From assembly GCF_018350175.1 (NCBI RefSeq), contig NC_058368.1:237400001-237464000 (forward strand): 64,000 nt of DNA. The letters are read 5' to 3'. Shown piece by piece: positions 12,717 to 25,500 of the stretch. The stretch is from Felis catus (Eukaryota). Below the pieces are notes generated by a model, which did no database searches, was not told the DNA's origin, and saw nothing but the letters and a program-made list of their open reading frames with translations. The position numbers and the translations under genes are program-made. How positions within the stretch are numbered: the first letter of the stretch is position 1; each line of letters starts with the position of its first letter.

Positions 12717-14778
12717 ACATTTTATAAAAATTTATTTTCCATTTGTTTATATTTGCACATAAAACACTATTGATTTTTATATTGACTTTGGATTCAGTGA
12801 CCTTATTAAATTCAAATTAATTTTACAGTTTGTAGATTCTCTTGGATTTTCTACCCACATAGTCATGGCCAGAGCAAGCAATTTTCTTTTCAACCTTTGC
12901 AACTTTTGTTTCTTTTTCTTGCCTTATTTGTTTGGATTTCTAGAAGATTGTTGAATAAAGGCGGTGAAAGCGGGCACTCTCTGACTATTCTCAACCTTAG
13001 GGAGGAAGTGTTCAGTATTTCATCATTAAGTACAAGGTTACCTACGGGTTCTGTTTTGATTTTTATTCATTATCGTATTAATACTCTTTGTATTTCTACT
13101 TTGCTGATGTCTCTTCTTATGAGCAGATATTGAATTTTCATTAGCCATTTGCTTTCAGTGAAGCTAATAAATGATCAGGTGGCTTTTCTCTTTTATTCTG
13201 TTACTATGGTGAATCACATTGATTCATTTTCCGGTTTTGAAGTCAATGTACGCTCCTTCGATAATCTTGTTCAGGGTCCTTTATATACCAAATATACTAC
13301 TGATTCTGTTCATTAGTATTATGAACTAATTAGCATTAGTATTATGTATTTTCTTTGTCCATAAATTCTTGCCAAATTTTTATTTCAGAATTACCCCAGT
13401 TCCATAAAGTGCATTTAGAATTACTTCTATTTTCTCTATTTTTTGAAAGGGTTTGAGTAAGATCAATCTTCTCACTTCCTTGAATAACTGGAAGGATTCA
13501 CCAGTGAAGCTCTTTGTGTCTGACGTTGGGTGGTGAGCAGATTTTTAATTGTAGATTCAATATTGTTGACAGATTTGGGGTATATTTGGTTTACTCTTGT
13601 GTCAGTTTTGATACAGTGTATTTTTCCAGAAATGTGTCAATTCCAAGAAATGTTCTTTTCAAATAGATTGACAAAATTGCTTATTGCCTTTTTCATGTTT
13701 GTAGACTCTGTAATGATACATTCTTTGCCTTTATATTTAGTGCACCTCTGGCCAAGAGCATATAGTTGAACTTGTATTTTGACCCAGCGTTACAATCTTT
13801 GCAATTTAAGTGGAATGTTTGATCCATTCACGTTTAGCCTAATTACTTACATATCTGGATGTTAGTCAACCGACTGGATATTTGTTTTCAATTTGTCCGA
13901 TTTATTTTTAATCTTTTATTCCTCTTTGTCTTTTCTGGTTTATTTTTTCTTTGATTATGTTTTTTAAATTAACTCTTTGGTTATGGATTTTGAACATTCT
14001 TTTTGTAGCTACTGCAAAGATACTATATGCATCTTTGACTTATTATTCTTTACTTTAAATACTATTAATACTTTAAATACTTTACTATTTTATAAACTCC
14101 GGGAAAAATATCTTACAACAGTTTATGTTTACTTACTCTCTCCTATATTTTATGAAATTTTTGTGATACATTTCACAGGCACATGTAGTACAAACACCTC
14201 AAATTATAATTATTTTTGCTTTACAGAGGCAACATTGTCTCTCATATGTTTACTGCATATTTACCTTCTTAGGTGCTCTTTGGTCCTTCCTAAAGTTATA
14301 TGCTTCCATGTAGATTATTGAATAGCCTGAAGAACATTCTGTAATAATTGTTATAGTGCAAGTTTGCTGGTAATAAGTTCTAGATTGGTACATTTCCCCT
14401 GGGACTCTTCATCTATTGTCTTCTGGCTTTCATAATTTCTGTTCAAAAGTCATCTGTAAGTCTAAATTTTGCTCCTTTGTATCCAATGTTTCTTGTTTCT
14501 CTTATCTTTAGCTTCCTTTAGGATATTTTCTTTAGTTTTGTTTGTTTGTTTGTTTGCTTGTTTTAAGGAATTTGACTGTAATATTCCAAAGTGTGTGTCT
14601 GTCTTGTTGAATTGTTTTAGTTTTGTTGCTTTGAGTTAAGTGAGAGTCTAGATCAGTGGGTTGATGTCTTCTTTTATGAATGTTGGAAAATCCTCAGTGA
14701 TGATCTCTTCAAGTATTTCTTCTACCCATTCTTTCTCCTTTTTCTTTTGGACTCCTCTGAGATGGCTTCACCATAGCC

Positions 14779-14798
14779 TGTGTGTGTGTGTGTGTGTG
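14779..14798. repeat. (TG)10 microsatellite
   Basis: Pure TG run. Confidence 0.95.
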
Positions 14799-16260
14799 TT
14801 TCTATTCTCTCCTTCTCTCTTCCTCTGTGTCTCTCCCACTGTCTTTCAATTTGGACGCATTCTACTGTCTTCCCTCTGCTAATCCTCTCTGCTACTTTAT
14901 TCACTAATCCTTTGTTCTACTTCATGTGCAAGGGAATCTGGGCAAGCAATCTGGCATAAAATGAGATGTTCACCAAACATAGAAATTCATGTGCTGGGTG
15001 GCCAGAATTAATGACAGATATCTACTAAACTGCATATAGTGTGCTTTCCTAAAGACATTTATCATACAGTTTGGTTTTTAGTTGTACTTATTCTAGTTTT
15101 TTGTTTGTATTTCTTGGTTTGTTTATAGCATAGCTTTAATTTCTGTAAATGTCTCTTTTGTTCCATCTTAAATATTTCCAGAACTCTGACAATGCACTTA
15201 CTTATCCCTTTCTTCTAAGATTGTATAGTCTCCCTTTTGAACATTTATGTGTATTTTTGGGTTCATATTTTGATAGTTGATCTTGTCTACAATATCTTTG
15301 AGATTATGGTGAACCAGTTGTCTGAACTCGTTGGATACCTTGTTTGTGTTTGTTGTTCACTTACTTTTTTGCCTATATTACCTCTCATCTTTTATTTCCT
15401 AAATCTTTAGGCCAGGTCCCTTTTTTTCCTTTGTGCTTATCATTAATTTTTCTACTGCCAGATCTTTGCTAAGAAAAGCCTAGGGAGGGACACATGGAAA
15501 TCACTTGGAAAAACATTTACCTTTGAACAGGACTTAACAAGGGGTCTCAAACATATCTTGAGAAATCTGATAATTATGTTATTTGAGGAATGAGCACGCC
15601 ATAACTTGAAACAGGACCCCATTCGAGCTCTCTGCAATGCCAGAAGCCCTTGCTGCCTCCTTGTCTGGCCTCACTCTGGCTCCCCAACCCCCAGAGTCAA
15701 TTCCTCTGCAAGGGAGCCAAGCTGGAGATGATGATAATGCTGGTCAGCATAATTTTCCCTTCAGCTTCTTGTCCCCTGACATTACTTGGTATTGAATCGG
15801 GTTTGCTCTTCTGTGGTCCAACCACCACCCTAGATCTCATTGCACTTGAAAAACAGCTTTGGCATGACTGTTGCATATGTATCATTTTTGAGGATTTGGC
15901 ACATTTTTGCAGGCCTTGGCACATTGTCTCCCTGGTTTGTTTTTGTTAGTTGTGGAAATTCCTCTGTTTAATTGAAGATGGCATTTCTCTTCTTAAGAAA
16001 TTAGTTTTTTCTTTATTTTGCTTCTCATGGATTTTGATGGAGGGGAGGGGTGTTTACTCAGGAGGACCACACTTTCAGTTTTGCTTCTACTGCCTTCAAC
16101 ACCAATTCTTAACCCTCAAGAGAAACCCTCCAGCAAGGTTCGGGGACACAAACTTTCTATTCTTACTGCTTCCTGGGAAAGACTTCCAAACTGCAAATTT
16201 GATCATAACACTGACATATACTCACACTGGCTCGCACACACAGGTTCAAGCTAACTCAAG

Positions 16261-16262
<2 letters not shown>

Positions 16263-16300
<38 letters not shown>
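16263..16300. repeat. (CA)19 microsatellite
   Basis: Pure CA run. Confidence 0.97.
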
Positions 16301-16303
<3 letters not shown>

Positions 16304-17814
16304 TGGGGCAGAGGGGGGATGTACCAGCAGAGGGTCAGTGTGGCTCCTGTTTCCACCTGTGGTGGGTGACTCTGACAAGTTCGGCTACATGTCTGTGCGA
16401 CAGTCTCCATACCTGTAAACTGCACGGTGTCCTTTCTGACCCAGCTGCTCCCACAGGTGGGAGAGAGGTGAGTGAGAACAGGAGGGTGTGATGGCTAAGC
16501 AGTCCTCTGCAACCAGGTTGTTAATGTTGTTGGCCACCCTCTGCACAGCAGTGTAGATGCTTAAAGAACTAGACCATCGACCTCTGGTGCTTTTGCTTCT
16601 TGTGCAATGGCTCTCTGAAACTGGTTCACATTCTCCTGATCCTGGAGCACTGAATCACGGCTTTGGCATTCATTAGGCAGAGTCCAGGTAAACAAGCACA
16701 CAGTCTTCTGACTTACTCCATTAACTCCATTTGAGATGATCAGTTTCACAAGGCCGAGACTGGTCCTGACAAGCAACCAGACAAAGGGGCTGAAGCCTGG
16801 ATGCCCAGAGAGAAGGCTTCTCACATGGGTCATGACTGGAGAAGGCTGGCTCTCAGCTTGTGTGGAGGTCACAGTGGGAGCACTGCATCTGAGCTCTCTT
16901 GGATGTTTGCTTACCTTCCCGGTAAGTGACTTGTAATCAAATTGTTCTGGTGGAAGGACTAGACCACAGGGACCCGTAGTCCAGGGACAGCCACCGCCCT
17001 GAAGCAAAGTGACTCACAGCCAATGGTATGACTTCAGGTCAGCACTCAGGGAGAGAAGGCGGCCTCGGTGATGTGGTTTCTGCTAAACTTCCCCAGGTTC
17101 TTTAACTGTGGGCAGGAAATGAGAGTAAAACCGAATGACCGCTTCTAGAATAAGCATCCTCAACTTCCCTCGTCTTCCTACAGTCCCACATTCAATTTGT
17201 CACAGAAATTAGATTTTCCTGCACTAGAAATAAAGTCAGCTGTTTACCAAGAAGAACATTTATGTATTTAATGACATTGGATTTTTATATTTATCATTTA
17301 GAGTAGGCTCTAAAGACAAAAAAGTGCATTTGTGCTTTTATAGAATCTATTTCATTGCTATGGGTGAAAATACAAACAAAAATAATAAATTAGCTACTAA
17401 TCATATATGATGCATTGAGTGTATTTTTATGCTGATGAAATTATATTTAACGAACACAAAGATAGCATACATAAAAGGTTAGTGGTATTAATTACAAAAA
17501 TGGCTCGCTGCTCTGAATAAAAACATACAAAGCTAAGAATTCCATCAAACATTTAAATCATAATACCATTGGCCATCTTTTTTGCTATAATAGTAAAATA
17601 CAAAATAAGCCATTTCATCACTGGGAAAATACCTTCTTATTTTTTCTTCAAATAAAGAGAACAAAAAAACTACCACGCGTTCCGTGCGGCTCCTTGGCGA
17701 GGGCACCGTCAGCTCCTTGATGTCATTCTGCTCTAAGCCGCTGCACTCGGGCAGATGTTGCCGAGGGCACGGGCAGATGTTCTTTGGGCTGAGGTCGCCT
17801 TCCAGATGTCTCCC

Positions 17815-18302
17815 AGCCAAATTACGGGAAGAGCCCAAATGTCCATCCACTGACGAATGGATCCAGAAGCTGTGGTTTGTAGATACAGTGGAACACTACT
17901 CCACGATGAGAAAGAATGAAATCTTGTCATCTGCAGCAACGTGGAGGGTATTGTGCTCAGTGAGACAAGTCAGTCAGAGAAAGACAGATATCTTACGTTT
18001 TCACTCGTATGTGGATCTTGAGAAACTTAGCAGAAGACCATGGGGGAAGGGAAGGGGAAAAATTAGTTCAGACAGAGAGGGAGGCAAACCATAAGAGACT
18101 CTTAAGTACAGAGGACCAACGGAGGGTTGATGGGGGGCTTGGGGGGATGGGCTAGATGGGAGATGGGCATCGAGGAGGGCACTTGTTGAGATGAGCACCG
18201 GGTGTCATATGCAAGTGGTGATCATGGGAATCTGCCCCCGAAACCAAGAGCACGCTGTATACACTGTGTTAGCAAACTTGCTAATAAATTATATTAAAAA
18301 AA
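17815..18302 (+). mobile_element. 5'-truncated carnivore/felid L1 (ORF2 C-terminus, 3' UTR, A tail)
   Basis: Translation AKLREEPKCPSTDEWIQKLWFVDTVEHYSTMRKNEIL matches the L1 ORF2 C-terminus (PKCPSTDEWIKKMWYIYTMEYY). Felid-type 3' UTR gaagaccatgggggaagggaagg...cataagagactctta, then aataaa and a short A tail. Confidence 0.93.
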
Positions 18303-18324
18303 CAGATGAAAGCCACCACCCAGA

Positions 18325-18440
18325 AACAGCGTGTCATTTCTACTGACATTTCATTGGCCAAAGCAACTCACGAGCCCACCCCTGCTGTTGGGGGGTAGGG
18401 AAATACCGTCCCCTTCCCGGAGTGGCAGCAGTAACACCTG
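18325..18440 (-). mobile_element. Old MLT1 LTR fragment
   Basis: gtcatttctactgacatttcattggccaaagcaactcac matches the MLT1 motif cacattctattggccaaagcaagtcac. Confidence 0.55.
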
Positions 18441-19383
18441 GCAAAGCCAGTGTCCCAGCGGCAGACCCTGGAGCCCACTGACCCCCTTCGCACCCCGCGG
18501 CACTGTCGTGGGTGTCCGGGGCCCTGGACCAGAGGCGTCCATGGGGCTACTGCCCAGGCAGTGAGGGCTGCCCGTTCACACAGACCTCTCGGTGCAGGGC
18601 TGGAACATACGATCGATCATGTGTCGAACAGATTTGGGGGGGCAGAGCATGAAAAGCACTCATTAAACTTCAAGCACACTTCCATGTGTTGCTAACAATG
18701 AGTGCAAACAGCACCCCTGCATATTCATGATGGGGCAGAAGGTTTATTCCTACAGTGCGTGAATATCGAATATCCACGTTAGCCCACGAATCTCCAGTAA
18801 CAACCAACAGCTGAGGATCAGAAGCCTGTGGTTTGGGGGAAGCCCATTCCCAATGCCAATGAACGGCCAAGAACCATCCTGCCGCGGTTTGGGGACGGGA
18901 ACACAGAACCATCAGTGACACAAGCTGCGGGGTCTGAAAGCTGCTGTCACTCTTGGGAGGAGGGAGACAGGGGCCGCGAGCCACAGCGAGCAAGAATCGC
19001 ACACGCAAATGGCCATGGCTGAAAGATCCTCTCGCCCCTCCCCCGGCAGCAAAGCCAAGCTAGTTGTGACGGTGCTGGTATTGTTGCCGTGAAAGTGCAG
19101 CGGACAAGTGACACAAAGACAAGCCTGACAATCGGGACAGTCCGGCGGCCTTTCCTGCTCACTCCTCTGCTGACCAGTGGAGAGTACGCAGCAGCCACTT
19201 GGGCGGATCCTGGGGGGCGGTCAGCACCCCCTTCACTGGAGGTGCCGTGCCAGAGGCGGGTGTACCAATGGGGCCTGTCGAGTCCGGAGAGGGCGCCCCC
19301 CAAAACCCGCTTAAAAGTGGCTGGCTCCCTCCACCTCTGCAGGAGTAAAAACGCTTCCTGGCACAGAATGAAGATTTAATAGT

Positions 19384-19404
19384 AATAATAATAATAATAA
19401 TAAT
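19384..19404. repeat. (AAT)7 microsatellite
   Basis: Pure AAT run. Confidence 0.95.
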
Positions 19405-19523
19405 AGATAAGCTCATAAAACCTGTGGCTGTTCCTTAAGTAGTCCTGTCCAGCTAGCACTGGGTTTGGTTTCTCTTGTCTCTACAGATTCATGCTGACTT
19501 TACCTTCATTTGCACCCACACAG

Positions 19524-19710
19524 CAATAATAATAATAAGCACACCGCTTGTAGGAGCACCATCACCACTGAGCCCATCTGAGCTCCGCCCTGGGGAACTG
19601 GTGGAGACAACCGCCTTTGCTCAGGGCCAGCCAGCTGGTATGTCACGGAGCCGGGCTTCCAGTTCATTCTGCTGCTGCAGACACCAGGGACTCCACCCTG
19701 TGCACCTGGC
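19524..19710 (-). mobile_element. Degenerate MIR
   Basis: aataataataataagc tail end, then ttgctcagggccagccagctggtatgtcacggagccggg, resembling antisense MIR. Confidence 0.5.
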
Positions 19711-20559
19711 GTTGGATGGCGAGCCGCAGACCCTCACATCGAGTGCCTCTTGCCCGCCGGCCACATCACACACCCTCCAGTTCACTTAGTAGCTTTGTAG
19801 AAGTCACTTCTTCCTCCCTGCTTGGAGGAGAACTCATGTATTTTGTGATGCACGATTTTGAATCACTTCCATCACCCACGGGGAAAGGTCAAGAAACCGT
19901 GGAGTCCCCGCCTCATCGGGTGGCATCCTGCTCATTGAGAAAATCTCTGAAGGGCGGAGGGGTGGGGGCTGCCCGCTTTCGTCAACGCAGCCCCTGCGCT
20001 TAATGGCAAAGGAGACCCCGAAGTCAAAGACAAAAGCGTGTGTTTAATTACATTTTTTAAAAGAAAACTTAATTGTTACTCAATTGTCCCTTCCTAATGA
20101 CTTTCTAAAAGACAATTAAAAATATATACTCCCATGAATAAAAAAGAGCCTATCCTTTTAGCACATTATAGCTCATGTGTTCAAGAATAATTGAATCTCT
20201 GTCAATTATGATTCCGGTAAATTATAGGGAAGATCCATTCTTAGCCACGTGGATGGAATTGGAGGCTGGCATGGTCTGACACTGCACGCTTACTTTAATA
20301 AACTGACGACCTTATAATGGGCTCTTCCCAAAGCATTTTTCCCACTCAATTCATCACGTAGGTTGACCCACCTTCTGAGAGCTTGAGTTGAGGATCCCCC
20401 AGAAATATGAACAGAGAATGCGCCCGCGTTTCTCTCCTTCTAGCCCCCGGCTCACGCATCCTGGCCGGCCTCTACCCGACGGCCGGGTGGCTGGTGTCAT
20501 CTCCCGCCTCTGATGGGCTCTGCTCACAGAGATTTATCTCAGGCGTCCTTGCCCACTCC

Positions 20560-21400
20560 CAAATCTTTGCACGGCTCCCACCTTTTCTAGTAACTGCACA
20601 GTCATACGTTTCACCTGTGGGTGCTGTGCTGGGGTCCACCACTGTCTGCAGAGTAAGGAACCGACTTAGTTCTACACAGTGCGTGTCTTTCCCCGACACC
20701 ATGTGCCGAACGACAGATTCAACTCCCGGTGATTCGAAGACCGTCTTTCCCCATATTCGTAGTCCTCGTAGATACACGGGTCTCTACTCTGTTCCACTGC
20801 TCCGTTGCTTGCTGTTACACCAAAAATCTACTGCGTTTATTACTATGGTGTGTGTATTTCTTAATGACCGGAGGGAGAGCCTGCCGTCTCTTGTTTTATG
20901 AGGTTAATGCAGATCTTCGTGAAATTTTATTCATCCATTAAATTTTAAATTTACTGTATATCAAAGTGGACTGTTGATTGGGATTTCATTAATTTTACAG
21001 ATTTATTTTGAAGGAGTTGACATCTTTGAAGCTGCCCCAGTGAAAAGCATAGAAAATCTGTCCAATTTATTCAGATCAGATTCTGTGTCCTATATTAGGA
21101 TTTTTAGAGGCTTCTTTGTGGAGGGCTTGTGTGTTCTTGGATAAAATTAACTGCAGATACTCCGTAGTTTCTGTGACTATTTATGAACAGTTTGTACTTT
21201 GGAATGGCCTTTGCTCGTTCAAAGACATGCTGTTATGGCTGTAGATGGAAACTTCTTGATCTCTTTCTGGTTCTAAGAGTTCACCTAATAAACCTGTAAT
21301 TTTCTCGGGTGTATAACGCCAGTAATGGTAGCTTTTCTGTCCCCCAACACCAGAACTTGGGCAGCTATGGCCAATCGTCACACGAGCGCTCTAGCACCCC
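20560..21400 (-). mobile_element. Ancient L1M ORF2 fragment
   Basis: ctctactctgttccactg and ttgattgggatttcattaattttacagatttattttgaaggagttgacatcttt are antisense L1 ORF2 motifs. Confidence 0.75.
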
Positions 21401-24400
21401 CAGGCTGGGGATCCCGGCCACGCTGACCGAGTCATTCTTCAGGGGACCCGGTCTCTCAGCCACGGGACTCTGGGGCTCAGAGACACTTTGTGGTTCACGT
21501 GGTGACCCATCTAACAAGAAGAGCCCCATCTCACGCTATGTCTCCAACCCCCACCACCGCCCTCCACTCATCTCTTCCCCCGTGGTGGCTACAGTTCCCA
21601 GCTTGCCCTCACACTTGTCCCTGTGACCCCGTGGCCCTGTGGCCTCTGTTGTGCTGTAGTTGTTATCACACAACCACATCTTCCCCCTGCACGCGATCTG
21701 GGCCTGTGATGCTTCTCGTAAAATGTGGTGCTGAGCCTGCCTGGTGGTCCCGGTTTCAACCTCCTGAGAGAAGATCCCGTGGCACTTCCTTTTGTTTGTG
21801 GCCACGTGTGTGCCCGACACCTGGACGCCCGGCCACGGCCCGGGGGAGCACCTGCCCCTCGCACTGAGCCCCGCGGAGGCAGCAGTGACCCCCAGGTGGC
21901 TGGGCGTTCCCTCCTGCCCCCCTCGGGGCCACAGTCGGGTCGGCAGGGGTGCCCATAGCGCGTTCACACGCTCGTGGAGACTTGAGGGGTGGGGGCCACA
22001 CCCACATAACTTTTGGACTCGCTCACAATGCCGCTGAGCCCTGGTCCCCCATGGTCCCCCCTGCTCCGGACTCGGTAACAAAGCGAGGCCTCGTGCGGCC
22101 CCCACCAGACAGCAGACCCGCTTCTTAGACTCAGCTGCCCTTGACTTGTCCCGGCGGAGCCGCTGGCCGGAGCCGCCCGGCAGGTTTTCAAGGGAAGGGC
22201 GCTGTCTGGCTTGGAACGCTCTCCCGGGCGCTGCACACACACCTTTTGCTCCTGTTTCTCTGGAAATAGCGGCATTTTGTGTGAATTTTTAACACCACAG
22301 GCCTCCTCCCACGGCCTGCAGGGAAGTAGTCACCTCGCGATGTGGCCACTCAACTTAGAGCTCAGGGTGGTGCCCCTTCTGCGTGTGAACACGTGGGGGC
22401 CATGCGTTAGAGTCAACCCACCCCCCCCCACCGGGCCTCCCGTGTGCCACCAGGGCCAGCCGGCCGGTGCCACGTGGACACGTGCCATTCACGGGCATTT
22501 TGCTCAACGTCTGACGTTCCAGACAATTTTCCGTTTTGTGCAGCATCGCGGTGTGATGCTGGTGCCGAGGGGCGTCTCTGCAGCGGGGGAAGCGGCTCCA
22601 GCCACAGGCCTCAGCGTGGGGATGGCGGCCGCCCGGCCAGAGCTGACGGGGGCCCACACGTCAGCGCGAGGCGACGGCAAGGCCCGTCACATCGCACACG
22701 CGGCCTTTCCCGATGCGCACGGAGCACAGGGCCGCCACTGAGGGCCTGCCTGGGAAATAGACGTCTGTGGCCGTCCCGTGGGGCAGCCCACCTCCGGCCG
22801 GAGGTGACATCACCTGTTTGGTGACATCCTTGCCTGCTCCAGCCTGGTGACGCTCCGGTCTGATGGGATCACAAGTCAGCCAGTGTCGGGGCCCATCCCG
22901 TCCCTCTCCTCCACCCAAGTGGCTGGCCCAGGTCGCCTCCTCCCCCTGTGCGCTTGCAAAGAGAGTGGGTGACAAATGGCAGGAAAGGCTGGATGCTCCC
23001 CGCTCAGGAAACAGGCTGCCGCCGCCGCTGTGTTTGCAGAGCCTCTGTGAGCTTTGACCTCCACTCTAAACGAGACAGGCCGCGCAAAGCTGCAAGACGG
23101 TGTCTGGCCGGCCACAAACGCTTCCCACCAACAACATGGTCGCCTCCGAAACAGGACCACGTAAAAGCCAGAGTGCGCACAGCAGCGCGGTTGTACGGTC
23201 CGACTATTTCAATTGCAAATAGGAGTAAGCCGAGTACCTTCTAGAAGGTAGCAAGATTCCTGCTGTGGACAGAGCCAAACGAGGCTTCTCGCTTGTGCCA
23301 ACCTTACTTAGCGGTATTTGTGGAAGCGATCACAGAGGCCAGTACCTGAGATCCCTCTCTGGTGGCCAGCTGGAACTCGAGCCTCGTTCCCCGGGCCCTG
23401 GAATCACAGAATGTCAGCACTGACCAGGTGCCTGGGGGGGTTCTGTAGCGGGGGACCATCTGTGAGTCAACATACACACAACGCTGTGCTTCCGGACTTG
23501 CTCACGCTGTTTGCTTCTGCTGTAAGAGAACACCCTCGTCACAGCCTCTCGTAGAAGAGAATTGCCGCTGCCCTTATCCACGGAGAAGGCCACCCTTGGC
23601 TGACTGACGTACCCGGTTAGATCCAAAGTTGCCAATGACCTCTTAATTTTACAAGCCACATTTCCCCCGCAAAACTCTACCTGAGTCCATCATAGACATC
23701 TAATCTGCTTTTCAGCATATGTGAAAGGCCACGCACGTCGTCGCCAAGGTCCGGTTGGCTTTTCTGGGGTGACGCCCACAAGGCGCTTCCTGCCTGGAAT
23801 CCCAGCGACGCCCAGATGCATTCTGTGGCAGGCACGACCACGCTTCTGCCCCTGTCTTCCGGTCACGGGCTTTCTCTTTCCAGGGGACCCGGTGGCTCCC
23901 TTTGTGGAGTAGGATGTGCTCTGGTCAGGTGTGACCTTCCCGGACCCACTTTCTCCATTGAGCATAGCCCCCCCACCCCCGCCCTCCCACTGCTAGCTGA
24001 GCAGCAAAACTGGCCGGAGAAAATGTTAAATACTAATTCTTCGGTCACATACTTAGAAGCGTGCTGGCCGTTTTTTGTGGTGATGATTTTAAATGAAGCA
24101 AAAACCAAGTTCTGGGTAGGTGACATGTGTACACAAGTCACAAGGTTGAAAAGGGGTGGAAAGGAAGACCGTTCTGACCCTGATGACCTCCAGCTCCAGC
24201 CCCTCCTGGAGTGCTGGCTGGCAGCCACCGCGCCCCTACCCCCATCCCAGCCAGGGCTCAGAGGACAAGGGGCCACACGCAGTTTCCTGAGTCTGATCGA
24301 TATCCACACGGGATCCTGACCGTCCAAGGAATCTGGCGGTTGGTTGCTTCTCCTGCTGACCACACGCTGGGATGGACTCTCCCCGCCACCCCCGTCCCCA

Positions 24401-24879
24401 TGAAGGGGAAAACCCACAGGTTTTTTAATAGCCACAGGTTTTCACCCCCCGAGACTCCAGTTAGAGCATCAATTCAAAGCATGCAGATGGAGGAGGCCGG
24501 GCAGAGGCAGGTAGGTGACCACCGGTCCCAGCTCTGCCCAGAGACGGCCTGGTCCCTCTGTTTGGGGAAACTGTGCTGGGGTGGGCTGCCCTTTGGGGAG
24601 GATGTGGGGGAGGGGGTGTGGCCAGCCCCACAGACGCCCTAGCGTGCTCGGCCGCACGACAGGTCATGGCGTCTGCCCAAGGTGGACCGTGAGAACAGGA
24701 GGAAGCGCGTTCTGGACACTTGCCCTCCCTGGAAGGACAGCGCATATGCATTTATCCACCTGTGCAGGGTGGGCAGACTGGAGGGCAACACAGAGTCAGG
24801 GGTGACACAGAGTCAGGAGCAGAGACTCCGGAGTGAAAGGCCAGCACTGCCCCTGCAGGCCGCCAGACCCAGGCATGCC

Positions 24880-25030
24880 AGCGATGTTCTCTGTGCCTCA
24901 GTCTCCTCAAATGAAACCCAAGGCACCCACACCTTCCCGCTCAGGAAGGACGAAGCAAGCTGCGTGTGAAGACAGAGCGCCTTGTGAATGCCATGAGGTG
25001 TTTCCCTAGCCCTTGGTTCAGGGCCCAGGA
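24880..25030 (+). mobile_element. MIR fragment
   Basis: ctctgtgcctcagtctcctcaaatgaaa resembles the MIR core. Confidence 0.55.
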
Positions 25031-25249
25031 CAGCAGGCTCTGCTGTGGGAGCTGGGGACACGTGGCCACCGGGGAAGGCCGAGCCCTGGCCTCGGGGGGG
25101 GGGGCGGGGGCGAGGAGGGAGCAGCAAACAGGTCCCCGTGCAAATGTGCGAGGTCCCCACAGAAGCCTGTCGTAGGGACCGGCGGGGCTGCAGGAGGAGG
25201 GATGGGGGTGGAAATGTTATTTCGGGCCCCACATGCGCCTAGGCCTGGG

Positions 25250-25500
25250 CAAAGAGGGAGGCAGCCCCCGGTGAGGAGCCGGGGGCAGTTCCAGGCAGAG
25301 GGCAGGGCAAATAGGCCTGGAGGCGGAGTGGGCAATGTGCGTTCACATCCCTGAGAGCCTGGGCGACAGTACTTGGAGCAGAGCCCGACCAGATCACGGT
25401 GGGCCGGGCCGGAGGGGACACCATGGTGGGCTTGGGGTTCTACTCTGAGTCTCATGGGAACCCCTCCGAAGGTTTTGAGCCAGGAGTCACCACGATCTAT
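25250..25500 (-). mobile_element. L2 LINE fragment
   Basis: ttccaggcagaggg and ggcttggggttctactctgagtctcatgggaacccctccgaaggttttgagccaggagtcaccacgatct match antisense L2 3' region motifs. Confidence 0.6.

Larger units (their letters stand above)
11345..15400 (-). mobile_element. Ancient L1M (L1ME-like) remnant spanning 3' end, ORF2 and ORF1 pieces, with deletions
   Basis: Antisense L1 motifs: gggattgctgggtca (11837), ctcatgcccctgatgattaatgacgttgagca (~12048), gattcaccagtgaagc (13495), ttggaaaatcctcagtgatgatctcttcaagtattt (ORF1 region, ~14683). Strongly T-rich. Confidence 0.8.

Noticed and set aside
16300..17100. Protein-like minus-strand peptide (SVLQDQENVNQFQRAIAQEAKAPEVDGLVL) as an exon or pseudogene
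   Set aside because: I cannot match it to any protein and see no convincing splice context. A tblastn/blastx search would be needed.
17748..24817. Short local direct repeats (cgggcagatgtt at 17748/17770; acacagagtcagg at 24788/24805)
   Set aside because: Two-copy micro-duplications typical of replication slippage, with no array.
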